From positions 192,001 through 256,000 of the forward strand of contig CBDCFW010000001.1 of the NCBI GenBank assembly GCA_965216465.1: a stretch of DNA of 64,000 bases. Reading direction: 5' to 3'. The DNA comes from Bacteroidia bacterium. GTDB lineage: Bacteria; Bacteroidota; Bacteroidia; NS11-12g; UBA9320. Shown here one piece after another: positions 29,001 through 37,952 of this stretch. Made by a program: the position numbers and the translations under genes. Numbering within the stretch: the stretch's first letter is position 1; every line of letters starts with the position of its first letter. The notes beneath the pieces were generated by a model. It did no database searches and was not told where the DNA came from. It saw nothing but the letters and a program-made list of their open reading frames with translations.

Positions 29001-31336
29001 GCATTGCGAAAAACAGAAGAATTACTTCTTATCTGTGGGAGTTTGGCGACGGTAGTACTTCTACATTAGAACATCCATCCAAACTGTACTTAACCGCAGG
29101 TAAATTTACCGTTAAACTGTACATAGAAGACGAGTGGGGATGCGAAGACTCAATCATTTTTCCCGAATTTGTAATTGTTAATGGTCCGGAGGGAAGCTAT
29201 ACCTTCGATAAGAAATCCGGATGTGTTCCATTGGAAGTTAATTTTGATAGTGAGACCTTACGCACTAGTGCTTATGAGTGGGATATGGGTGACGGAAATG
29301 TAATAGAAGACACCAATAAGTATACGCATAATTACACCTTGCCCGGCACATACATTCCGTTACTAATACTTAAAGACAGTTTTGGGTGCAGTTACACCCT
29401 CCCTCCTATTGATACCATTGAAGTATATCCTTACCCAGACCCTGATTTTGTATATTCTGGTACGTGCGTTAATTACCCGATTACGTTCTCTGCTTTTAAT
29501 AAGAACAATTCGACAACGGCAGAATTCATTTGGGAGATGATTTATGATACACACACCGATACAGTTTATGGAAAGGATGTAACTTATACATTCTTCGATA
29601 TTGATCAACCTCAGGTACAGTTAACCATAGTATCTGATAGTGGATGTGCTAACTCCATTAGTAAGCAGCTGTTGTTGAACAAGTTAGAAGCAAATTTTGA
29701 TTCCAAAAATGAAGCAAACTGTGTGGGTTCTATTATTGATTTGAAGAATTTAACCGTAAGTGACACTACAATCGTGAAAACCACATGGCTGATAGGTGAT
29801 AGCACGATTGAAGCAAATGAAACTTCATTTAGAGCTACAAAAATCGGCCCCATTGAAATTACGCTTATAGAAGAGAATATCTTAGGATGTATCGATACCC
29901 TAATCAGTCATACTGTAATAATTGGAGACACCATTCCTCCTCTAGATCCAGAAATGTTAAGAGTTACAGTAAATGATGATCACACCATTCAATTGGACTA
30001 CAAGAAAAGTACGATGGCTGATTTTAAATCGTATCTGATTTACAAAGACCTGGGAACAAGTTTTGAACCAATTGAGGAAGTTTTCGATGTGAATACGACT
30101 TCCGTATTTGACTATGGCAACGATGCCCTTTCACACAGTTACTGTTATAAGATTGAAGTTAAGAATACCTGCGACTTACTTTCAGACACATTCACCGACT
30201 TTAAACACTGTACTATAGAAACTAAGGCTAAGGGTGAGGAGAATAGGAATGTTGTTTCGTGGTCTCCTTATATTGGATGGGACTCTGTAGCAACCTATAC
30301 GGTGTTGAGAAAAGAAGTTAATGTACCTTCCACATTTCAGCCGATAGGAACTGTTATTTCTGACAGTTCAACTTACATTGACTCATTGCTTTATTGCAAC
30401 ATTGAATATGCCTACAAAGTGCAAGGAACAGAATGGAGTGGTAACAACCAGATTTCGTTCAGTGATACTGCTCAGGCGATGCCGGAATGGACTTACATCC
30501 CACCACCAAATAAGTTAATTAGGGTTACTGTGGAAGATGATCTTGAAATAAAAGTAGAATGGGATTCAAGTGCTAATTCAATTATTCCGATTGAGAAATA
30601 CATTATTGAAAAATCGCTAAATGGATCTACTTATTCCAAGATTTATGAGGGTCCTGCAGATGAGTTTAGTCTCATAGATTCTGATGTATTGGTTGACGAC
30701 CGTTCTTATTTCTATCGAACTTATGCCGTTGATGAATGCGAAGACACCACAGAAATTACAAACTTTGGCAAGTCGATACTACTCAATGCTGATACATCAG
30801 CAGATCAACGTCCGAAATTGGTGTGGAGTACGTACCTTGGGTGGACAGAACCCGTAGATTTCTATACCATTGAGATTAAGAATGAGGATAATACTTTCAC
30901 CGAGATTGCGTCGAGCACATCGCTTGACACCTTGCTAATTGATATTTGGACTGACCTTAACCAACGCCCAGATTATTGCTATCGCATAATTGGTCATAAA
31001 ACTTTGGTGAATGGAGAGTCTCGAGTTATCAGCATATCGAATGAAGATTGCTCGCCAGTACGTTCTGCAATATTCTACCCTAATGCCTTCACTCCTGATG
31101 GCAACGGAATAAACGACTTGTTTGTAACGCCTTCAATTTATATCAAAGAGTACCATATCCAAATTTACAATAGATGGGGTGAGCTCGTTTTTGAAAGCTT
31201 CGACAAGAATAAAAATTGGGATGGAATGTATTTAGGAGAACCGGCACAGCAGGATGCCTATGCCGTTATTGTGGTATCTACGGGTGTAGATAACGTAAGA
31301 AGAGTTCATCACGGAACTATAACACTACTGCGATGA
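26042..31336 (+). CDS. Large PKD-repeat surface protein with FN3-like domains and T9SS type-B (gliding motility-associated) C-terminal domain
   Basis: Signal peptide; at least nine W-x-F/Y/L/M-G-D/N PKD motifs; C-terminal PNAFTPDGNGIND...IYNRWG...WDG...GTITLLR. Confidence 0.9.
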   Translation: MKAIKAISLIYLLCLVHLSFGQVNADFSSDSTSGCAPVTINFEDNSSGSNLRYLWSFGNGNISTKQNPSAIYYLPGKYTVSLTVTDQTGTKSTKTATQYITVFKNPEALFSGSPLKGCNPLPVSFDPNVNLGDTAIREFFWDFGDGKTLKQDSPNHSFNNIGKYNVSLLITDYNGCQSKLIKRNYIEVIRTPEVDFEVDKNFSCDAPFTVQFTDKSKKTLNTDIYEWDFGDGNKSSARNPSHTYTAKGRYTVTLTIKAGNGCAPAKIKTNLIKIGAIVPDFVVDKTKICNPDEVNFTTTTSPPGLKTSWDFGDGSTGEGPSPVHTYDTEGSYNVTIYVEQNSTCKDSLTKYNFITVVKPPIAEFTIDDTFSCKLPHIVYTPSKSKHHVRQEWYVNDSLFSKEQHGSLVITEYGTYDYRLKAYNSFGCVDEEFIQIRVNSLDVELSSDKIEGCVPLTVNFKDISTHGQSVSAKSWNYGDGTIANLNTDSTTQTFTDTGVYVVTLEVTTADGCSGEASLEIKVGQKTNPDFSVNKDTFCNNEELVIYNETELFNPKVERILWNIFSDSSDLHDFKDSTENLPEEKNYDEWLDRDSGSYHIGLIAIRNGCRDTTIKYDEFYIHPPWTNINMLPYDSCFGDTVYFVNESKGYDSLIWGIYPAKIPSYASTGDTIMITRQKHGTTGVTLTTSNSISKCSHFKAARIEFGELFEPDFEYVGDPCAPANMVFSAIKGDSLKQDYEYYWTADGEYIGYGGSMYMGFEQPGSHTVQLKMVQDVSGCADTISKAVAVTGPTIEGELTYTGSCPPLALELKCTTDPSQYDSVYWDLGDRKVMVTSTATLYDSLFKPGADTGYHDVRLVAIDTNGCSAYESFPVFVDGPATAHIKTRRFRGCNGNQFIFNAETPGFDPSDFEFLWDLGNGDTSTLQNVNIYYPVDSTYHITLKIKDENGCVSTYNETIIIEQEKLYANFEADSIATDCPPLFVQFKNKSIAKNRRITSYLWEFGDGSTSTLEHPSKLYLTAGKFTVKLYIEDEWGCEDSIIFPEFVIVNGPEGSYTFDKKSGCVPLEVNFDSETLRTSAYEWDMGDGNVIEDTNKYTHNYTLPGTYIPLLILKDSFGCSYTLPPIDTIEVYPYPDPDFVYSGTCVNYPITFSAFNKNNSTTAEFIWEMIYDTHTDTVYGKDVTYTFFDIDQPQVQLTIVSDSGCANSISKQLLLNKLEANFDSKNEANCVGSIIDLKNLTVSDTTIVKTTWLIGDSTIEANETSFRATKIGPIEITLIEENILGCIDTLISHTVIIGDTIPPLDPEMLRVTVNDDHTIQLDYKKSTMADFKSYLIYKDLGTSFEPIEEVFDVNTTSVFDYGNDALSHSYCYKIEVKNTCDLLSDTFTDFKHCTIETKAKGEENRNVVSWSPYIGWDSVATYTVLRKEVNVPSTFQPIGTVISDSSTYIDSLLYCNIEYAYKVQGTEWSGNNQISFSDTAQAMPEWTYIPPPNKLIRVTVEDDLEIKVEWDSSANSIIPIEKYIIEKSLNGSTYSKIYEGPADEFSLIDSDVLVDDRSYFYRTYAVDECEDTTEITNFGKSILLNADTSADQRPKLVWSTYLGWTEPVDFYTIEIKNEDNTFTEIASSTSLDTLLIDIWTDLNQRPDYCYRIIGHKTLVNGESRVISISNEDCSPVRSAIFYPNAFTPDGNGINDLFVTPSIYIKEYHIQIYNRWGELVFESFDKNKNWDGMYLGEPAQQDAYAVIVVSTGVDNVRRVHHGTITLLR

Positions 31337-32500
31337 GTTATTTCTACGCTTGATTTCTTTCATAATCAAAGATAGTTCTCTGCCAGCTTGGCCTTTAACA
31401 CTTGTGTTTTCTTGAGCTCTTCTACTAAGGTAAGGAAGCACTTCACGAACAGGTCCATAAGGAAGATATTTAGCCACATTGAATCCAGCTTTTGCTAGGT
31501 TAAAACTGATATGGTCACTCATTCCATACAATTGAGCAAACCAAAATCGGCTATCTGATTTATCAATGTTATTGCTATCAATTAGCTTGGCCAAAAGGTA
31601 AGATGATTCTTCGTTATGCGTGCCTGCACACAGACTTACGATGTCTTTGTTTTCGAAACATAGTTCTAGTGCCTTATTATAATCTGCATCAGTCTCAGCT
31701 TTACTGTTTTGAATTGGATTTTCATAGCCCATATCTGCCGCACGTTCTCCTTCTTTCTCCATGTAAGCACCTCTAACCAATTTGTAACCAATTTTGTAGC
31801 CTTTCTCACGGGCAATTGCAATCTGCTTTTCCATTTCTTCAATACGGCCTTTGCGGTATAACTGAATGGTGTTATAGACTATGGCTGTTTCTTTGTTAAA
31901 CTTTTCCATGTTCGCATAGCTTACTGCATCAATTGGACTTTGAATCCAAGATTCTTCCGCATCTATAAAGATTTTGACCTTTTTATCGTGCGAACGCTTA
32001 CATAGCTGCTCTACACGTGACTTAAACTGGCTAAAATCTTGTTGATCAGTATCATTCAATTCTTGGTTTGCAGCCACTTTGGCAAAAACATCGAACGTTC
32101 CAATACCAGTGCATTTAAACACGGCAAATGGATACTCAGGTCTGGTCGCAGCTTCATCAATTACTTTACATAATTCAGTAAAAGTTCGTTCAAAGCTTTT
32201 AGCATTCCCCTCTCCTTCGACAGAGTAATCTAAAATTGCACCAATTCCGTTTGCATAAAGTTCTTTGGCAGATGGATAGCTATCGGCTATAGTCTCACCT
32301 CCGCAAAACTGGTGAAACAACGTCCTTTTAATAAGCCTTTTAATTGGTATCCCAATTGACAAAGCAAAATTTGCAATTCCTGGTCCTTTCTCGACTAAAA
32401 AAGGATAAGAAAATGCTTGAAACAGTCGGTAAGCTTTCTTAAGATCTCCCTTTGATTTATGGGCAAAAGCTATCTGAGTATCATCAAATGATAAGTTCAT
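31325..32500 (-). CDS. Monofunctional proline dehydrogenase
   Basis: FCGGET, LDYSVEG, IDAEESW, KLVRGAYMEKE, GTHNEES, QLYGMSD, KYLPYGP..YLSRRAQEN. Confidence 0.95.
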   Translation of the reverse strand: MNLSFDDTQIAFAHKSKGDLKKAYRLFQAFSYPFLVEKGPGIANFALSIGIPIKRLIKRTLFHQFCGGETIADSYPSAKELYANGIGAILDYSVEGEGNAKSFERTFTELCKVIDEAATRPEYPFAVFKCTGIGTFDVFAKVAANQELNDTDQQDFSQFKSRVEQLCKRSHDKKVKIFIDAEESWIQSPIDAVSYANMEKFNKETAIVYNTIQLYRKGRIEEMEKQIAIAREKGYKIGYKLVRGAYMEKEGERAADMGYENPIQNSKAETDADYNKALELCFENKDIVSLCAGTHNEESSYLLAKLIDSNNIDKSDSRFWFAQLYGMSDHISFNLAKAGFNVAKYLPYGPVREVLPYLSRRAQENTSVKGQAGRELSLIMKEIKRRNNSSQ

Positions 32501-32509
32501 TTTTCACAG

Positions 32510-32517
32510 CAAAATTA
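32510..32517 (-). promoter_or_regulatory. -7 promoter box (TAATTTTG) for proline dehydrogenase
   Basis: Reverse complement of caaaatta, 9 nt upstream of the ATG. Confidence 0.6.
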
Positions 32518-32548
32518 TACTTAAAATACTGTTCTGAAAACAGAAAAA

Positions 32549-33500
32549 CTAAAGATTTGAATTTACCCAATTGTAGAGATGTTCCATTCCTTTTTTCAAT
32601 GGATAATTGGGTGCCCATCCGAGTGAAGATTGGATGAGTCGATTGTCGCTGCATCGGCCATTTACGCCAACTGGGCCATCGATATTTTTAATCGACAAGT
32701 CTTTGCCACTTATTACAATTGTGAGCTCAGCTAATTCGTTAATTGTAACCATCTCATCTGAACCAATATTGATCGGCTGCTTAAAGCTTGATTTCATCAA
32801 TCTTTCTATTCCTTCTAAACACTCATCGATGTACAAAAAGGAGCGAGTTTGACTTCCTGTACCCCACACTTCAATTGATTCTCCAGACTTGGCTTGCGCC
32901 ACCTTTCGTGCCATAGCTGCTGGAGCCTTCTCTTTTCCGCCATCAAAGTAACAAAAAGGCCCAAATACGTTATGAAATCTAGCTATTCTTACATCTAAGC
33001 CATAGTTCTTGGCATAGTTAAGGAATAGCCGTTCACTAAAGAGTTTCTCCCAACCGTATTCAGAATCAGGATTTGCAGGAAACGCAGAGATTTCTTCACA
33101 ATTTGGATTTGCTGAATCAACCTGATTTTCTTCTGGGTATATGCAGGCTGAAGACGAATAAAAGAGCTTCGTTTCTGTTGATTTCAAGGCATTAGCGACG
33201 TTCAAATTAATCTGTGCCGAGTTGTGCATGATATCAGCGTCGTGTTCTCCTGTGAAGATATAACCCGCACCTCCCATATCCGCAGCGAGCTGATAAACTT
33301 CGTTGTATGTATTCTTGAAGATAGTCTCAACAAAGTTTTGATCGCGCAAATCACCAAGTATAAACTCATCTGCTTTAGAATCCATAAACGGGTTTTTTTA
33401 CAAGATCTACGGCCACCACATAACATTCAGACTTCTTCAGTCTGTTAACTAAGTGGCTTCCAATAAAACCTCCTGCTCCAAGTACTAATATTTTCTTCAA
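32549..33500 (-). pseudogene. GDP-mannose 3,5-epimerase-like extended SDR, frameshifted at an A7 tract
   Basis: 5' part from TTG 33500 (overlapping the upstream TGA) encodes KKILVLGAGGFIGSHLV..VAVDLV and then stops. The body (AADMGGAGYI, YGWEK, GGKEKAPAA) is in another frame. Removing one A from 33393-33399 joins them. Confidence 0.8.
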
Positions 33501-34645
33501 TTGATTGTGTTTAAAACATTAACTAAAAATTGTCCAAGCTTATTACCGTCAAAGTAGTCTCTTGCATATTGGTACCCACGCTTAGCAATCGCATCAGCTT
33601 CTCCAGTATTCTTATATCGTTCTTTAATTACCTCTGCTAAGCTAGAGGCATTGTCTACTTCGTATTTGTACACCTGATTTCTATCTTCAAAATCTTCCGC
33701 GAATCCTTTACCATTACTCATTAAGACCGGTTTATTGCAAGCAAAATACTCTCCCAGTTTAATTGGATAACCGTAGGTTGCAAAACTCGAGCTATCTCTA
33801 TTCATCAACAAGGTATCGCATTCTTGCAATAACCAAGGTATTTGCTCATACTTTACTGTTCCGGTGATTTCGATCGAGTCTTTTAGGTCAAGATCTTTAA
33901 CCTGTTGCTCCAATTTTTCGGGGTTTGGATTGTAACCAATGAGCCTAAGCTTTAGTCCATGGTTTTGTGCTTGGGCCTGCTTAAAGCCCTCCAAAATGGT
34001 TTGGAGACCATCTTTGCCTCCAAAAGACCCAATATATCCCAACATTCCTTTTATTTCAGCTCGTTCAACATCAAATCGTTCAAAGTCGACCATAATAGGA
34101 AATAAATGAATCACATCATTTCTTAATGCCGAGAAGTGCTCTTTTAATCGGTTCGAAATAACCAATAAAACACTTGCTCTTTTGGCCACTATTCGCTCCT
34201 CTGATTGATGTAATTTGATATTCTTCCCAGATGAAAAAAGCTCTGTCTGATCAACCACAATCTTCTTCTTGAGAATTGAAGCCAAGAGTAGTCCACCAAG
34301 AGAATCAGCCCATCTTGGATTATAGAAATAAAGTGCATCGAATCTTCTTGAGCCAAAAAGAATAAACCATATCAATCCAACATAGCCTGTAAATACTTGA
34401 AATATTCTTAAGATGAATAGCGATGGATACGTCCGTCCAAGGCTTAAGAATCTAATCTTAAAATTTCGCCATGTAGTAGGTTGGCTGCTATTTAAGGTCT
34501 TACTAAATCTGCTTGGATAAATCGATACAAATTCGCATTCCCAGTCTTCATTTAGGGTTTCTTGTGCTATCGTTTTTAAACGAGCATTCTTTGTGTTTCC
34601 CTCTGGGAAGTCTCCACTAAATATTAAAGCTAATCTATTAATAAT
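33497..34645 (-). CDS. Glycosyltransferase family 4; probable ATT start
   Basis: Frame is open from an in-frame TAA at 34663 down to 33497. N-terminal INRLALIFSGDFPEGNTKNARLK; C-terminal YIGSFGGKDG and GYPIKLGEY. No ATG/GTG/TTG before 34375. Confidence 0.75.
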   Translation of the reverse strand: MINRLALIFSGDFPEGNTKNARLKTIAQETLNEDWECEFVSIYPSRFSKTLNSSQPTTWRNFKIRFLSLGRTYPSLFILRIFQVFTGYVGLIWFILFGSRRFDALYFYNPRWADSLGGLLLASILKKKIVVDQTELFSSGKNIKLHQSEERIVAKRASVLLVISNRLKEHFSALRNDVIHLFPIMVDFERFDVERAEIKGMLGYIGSFGGKDGLQTILEGFKQAQAQNHGLKLRLIGYNPNPEKLEQQVKDLDLKDSIEITGTVKYEQIPWLLQECDTLLMNRDSSSFATYGYPIKLGEYFACNKPVLMSNGKGFAEDFEDRNQVYKYEVDNASSLAEVIKERYKNTGEADAIAKRGYQYARDYFDGNKLGQFLVNVLNTIN

Positions 34646-35625
34646 TAAGCTATTACTTGGTTATAAACAGACAGCACATTCGCAATTTCTTGCTCAAGAG
34701 AATAGCTATAAACCTCTTGTCTATAATCGTTTATTCGATCACGCTCAAAGTTGCTAATAGCCTGAACAGCTACTGATTTAAAGGCCAGTTCAGACAAGTC
34801 TTTAGCGATATAGCAACCTTCCAAGTGCCCAATCCTTTCTTGTGTATCTCCAACTGGAGTTGATACTACTGCAAGGTTGCAAGCCAATGCTTCCTTAACA
34901 ACATTAGGCGAACCCTCTTGTAATGAGGTTTGAAACAAGAAATCGGAGGCGGTCATGTACTCAAAAACTTCTTTTGGAGTTTTACCCCAAACCTGAACAA
35001 ATCGAATTTCTGGATGATCAAGAGCCAATTCGTTCACAACATTTTGAGCCATAATAAATCGTTTACCAACATTTTTAGTGTTCCCGACAAAAAGAATAAC
35101 AAGCTCATCTTTTCTAAATCCCAGTTTAGTACGAATCTCGTCTTTCGATTTTTTAGGAACATATTGAATGTCGCAACCCGATGGAATGACCGCTTCAACT
35201 TTCTTAGACTTGAAAAACGATTTTATAGCCTTTGACACATAGATATTGGCATCGCTCCTTTTGGCTGCAAAATGACTCACCCATTGAACCATTTTAGAAA
35301 TGTAATTATGCTTCCCTTTGGAGTTAAGCACTCCATATACATCTGAACCTCTGAAACTTACAACAATCTTTGATTGAACAAAAAATGGTATTACAGCTAT
35401 GGTTTGCCCCCAATTTATATGAATAAGATCGTAATTATTTTCTTTAATCAGTCGTTTAATTTCCTTGCGTGCCTTAAGGTAATTAGACCACTTTCTCTTT
35501 GCGACAAAATGATATAGTTCTATATCAATTTCTTTCTGTAATCCATAAAACAACCGCTCAATAAACGGTGACACATAGGGCCGTTCAATGGTCGGATAAT
35601 ATGGTGTAACAAAAAGTACTTTCAC
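34645..35625 (-). CDS. Glycosyltransferase family 4
   Basis: MKVLFVTPYYP, SFRGSD, EGSPNVVKEALAC. Confidence 0.88.
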   Translation of the reverse strand: MKVLFVTPYYPTIERPYVSPFIERLFYGLQKEIDIELYHFVAKRKWSNYLKARKEIKRLIKENNYDLIHINWGQTIAVIPFFVQSKIVVSFRGSDVYGVLNSKGKHNYISKMVQWVSHFAAKRSDANIYVSKAIKSFFKSKKVEAVIPSGCDIQYVPKKSKDEIRTKLGFRKDELVILFVGNTKNVGKRFIMAQNVVNELALDHPEIRFVQVWGKTPKEVFEYMTASDFLFQTSLQEGSPNVVKEALACNLAVVSTPVGDTQERIGHLEGCYIAKDLSELAFKSVAVQAISNFERDRINDYRQEVYSYSLEQEIANVLSVYNQVIA

Positions 35626-36758
35626 TAGCTTAGTACAGCCTTAAGTGCTTCTTGAATTCTTTGACGTTCAATGTCAGTAAGATTAGAACCGCTTGGTAAA
35701 CACAATCCAATTTCGAATAGTTTATCAGAAGTACCATTTACATAGCTCGGAAAGTCTTTAAAAACAGGTTGTTGATGCATTGGTTTCCATAACGGTCTAC
35801 ATTCTATATTCTCTTCCATTAAGGCTAGGCGAATGGTTTCCCGGCTAATATTCCTCTCGTTTGGCTTTACAAGAATGCAGGTAAGCCAGTGATTGGAGAA
35901 GAATTTAATATCCGGTTCTTTGAAAACCTCGATGAATGGGTAATCTTTAAAGAAGGATTGATACCATTCGTTCATAGCTCTTCTTTTGTCAATCCATTGA
36001 TCAAGAACTTCAAGCTGCCCACGACCAATTCCTGCTGCAATATTGCTCATGCGGTAATTAAACCCAATTTCTTCATGCTGGTAATGCGGTGTATTCTCTC
36101 GGGCTTGTGTAGCTAAGAATGTTGCTTTCTTCACATAATCTTCATTGCGCGACACAAGAGCCCCTCCGCCAGAGGTTGTAATAATTTTATTACCATTAAA
36201 TGAATAGATACCTATCTCGCTAAAGGTCCCCATTTTTTGACCATTATATTTCGCACCTAGTGCTTCAGCGGCATCCTCAATAATCGGAATATTGTGTTTA
36301 GCACAAATGGCCAACAGCTCCTCCATTTTGGCTGGCATACCGTAAAGATGAACCAATACACATGCTTTAGGTTTTTTGCCTTTTGCGATTCTATCTTGAA
36401 TTGCCTCTTCTAAAGTTTCAGGACTCATATTCCAGGTACTGGGTTCTGAATCGACAAAAACTGGAATTGCCTTTTGATAACGAATTGCATTCGCAGAAGC
36501 CGAAAACGTGAAGCTAGAGCAAAGTACCTCATCATCTTGTTCTACTCCTAGAAGTATTAATGCTAAATGCAAAGCTGCTGTTCCCGAACTTAACACCGTA
36601 CAATGCTCGATGTTGTTATACGTTGCTAGCTCTTTTTCCAGACCGTTCACATTTGGTCCTAAAGGAGCAATCCAATTGGTATCAAACGCTTCTTGAATGT
36701 ATGCAATTTCGTTTCCTCCCATATGAGGAGAAGAAAGATATATTCTATCCTTAGTCAT
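35625..36758 (-). CDS. DegT/DnrJ/EryC1/StrS sugar aminotransferase (PglE/EpsN-like)
   Basis: YLSSPHMGG, NWIAPLGP, SGTAALH, EDAAEALG, SFNGNKIITTSGGG, LCLPSGS. Confidence 0.92.
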   Translation of the reverse strand: MTKDRIYLSSPHMGGNEIAYIQEAFDTNWIAPLGPNVNGLEKELATYNNIEHCTVLSSGTAALHLALILLGVEQDDEVLCSSFTFSASANAIRYQKAIPVFVDSEPSTWNMSPETLEEAIQDRIAKGKKPKACVLVHLYGMPAKMEELLAICAKHNIPIIEDAAEALGAKYNGQKMGTFSEIGIYSFNGNKIITTSGGGALVSRNEDYVKKATFLATQARENTPHYQHEEIGFNYRMSNIAAGIGRGQLEVLDQWIDKRRAMNEWYQSFFKDYPFIEVFKEPDIKFFSNHWLTCILVKPNERNISRETIRLALMEENIECRPLWKPMHQQPVFKDFPSYVNGTSDKLFEIGLCLPSGSNLTDIERQRIQEALKAVLS

Positions 36759-37341
36759 TATTAGTTCTTATAATTCTTGCAGGGTTTCCTACAGCAATGG
36801 AGTTATCTGGAATTGGCTTTGTCACCACCGATCCTGCTCCAATTTTACACCACTTTCCAATCGTTATTCCTGGAATAATTGTAGATCCAGCTCCTACAAT
36901 TGTACCTTCTCCGACTGTAACAGAACCACATAAGGTTACTTGGGGTGCAATGTGGCAGTAATCTCCAACTTCACAATCGTGATCTACGCTTGCTCCGGTA
37001 TTAATTATTGTGTGGCGTCCAATTGTGCTATCTGCTTGAACTATACTTCCATGTAAAAGCTGACTTCCATCCCCTATTTTCACAGACTCGTCTACTTCAG
37101 CCGTAATGGCCTGCACAATTCCAAATTGATGAGTGATTTTCTCAACAACTATTTTTCGGATTTTATTGTCTCCTATTGCCACAACAACCTTCTCGTCAGC
37201 ATGAAGCTCACTGCTATACTTGGTTATTGGTTTGTTCCGAAAAGTATCTCCTTTCGGATTGTCGTCGAAGAATGCTATTACGTTTTGCTCAAGTGCTGAG
37301 GCAACAACTTTTCCGTGTCCACTTGCTCCAAATACTATCAT
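36751..37341 (-). CDS. Sugar acetyltransferase (PglD/NeuD family)
   Basis: GASGHGKVV, AIGDNKIR, hexapeptide repeats, DHDC, VGNPAR. Confidence 0.9.
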   Translation of the reverse strand: MIVFGASGHGKVVASALEQNVIAFFDDNPKGDTFRNKPITKYSSELHADEKVVVAIGDNKIRKIVVEKITHQFGIVQAITAEVDESVKIGDGSQLLHGSIVQADSTIGRHTIINTGASVDHDCEVGDYCHIAPQVTLCGSVTVGEGTIVGAGSTIIPGITIGKWCKIGAGSVVTKPIPDNSIAVGNPARIIRTNND

Positions 37342-37952
37342 TGATTTCCTTTAAATTTCTCCATAGTGGCAGAAGAATCGCTTGATATACCTTCAATCTT
37401 CAGCACTTTGAAAATGGTCATAAATATTATTTTAATGTCTAACACCAATGAATGGTTTTCGACGTACCATACATCTAGCCTAAACTTTGTAGTCCAGTCT
37501 AAGCTGTTTCGTCCATTCACTTGTGCCCAACCCGTAATTCCAGGTCTTACATTATGCCGAGCTCGTTGCTCGTCATTGTAAAGTGGCAAGTATTCCATTA
37601 ATAATGGTCTTGGACCAATTAGCGACATGTCACCTTTTATCACATTTATCAACTGTGGAATTTCATCTAAAGAAAGCTTTCGCACCCAACTCCCTATGGT
37701 GGTTAAACGCTCTGCATCACTAAGAAGCTCACCATGCTCATCCTTTCTATCGTTCATAGTCTTGAACTTAATTAAGGTAAATGGTACCTCATTTCTTCCT
37801 GGTCTAACCTGGGTAAAGAAAACGCTTCCTTGATTCGCAACAAACAAGAAAATAATGGTGATCAGAAATATCGGCAAAAGCAGTGTAAAGCCTAGTAAGG
37901 CAATAACAAAGTCAATACATCTCTTTAGAAAATTTCTATACAGCAATCTCAC
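37338..37952 (-). CDS. Initiating phosphoglycosyl transferase (PglC/EpsL-like)
   Basis: KRCID, KFKTM, SLDEIPQL.NV.KGDMSLIGPRP, RPGITGWAQVNGRN. Confidence 0.93.
   Translation of the reverse strand: MRLLYRNFLKRCIDFVIALLGFTLLLPIFLITIIFLFVANQGSVFFTQVRPGRNEVPFTLIKFKTMNDRKDEHGELLSDAERLTTIGSWVRKLSLDEIPQLINVIKGDMSLIGPRPLLMEYLPLYNDEQRARHNVRPGITGWAQVNGRNSLDWTTKFRLDVWYVENHSLVLDIKIIFMTIFKVLKIEGISSDSSATMEKFKGNQ

Noticed and set aside
26200-29340. Recurring TGGGAnTTTGGnGAnGG-like motifs
   Set aside because: Protein-level PKD domain repeats (WDFGDG), not a DNA repeat array.
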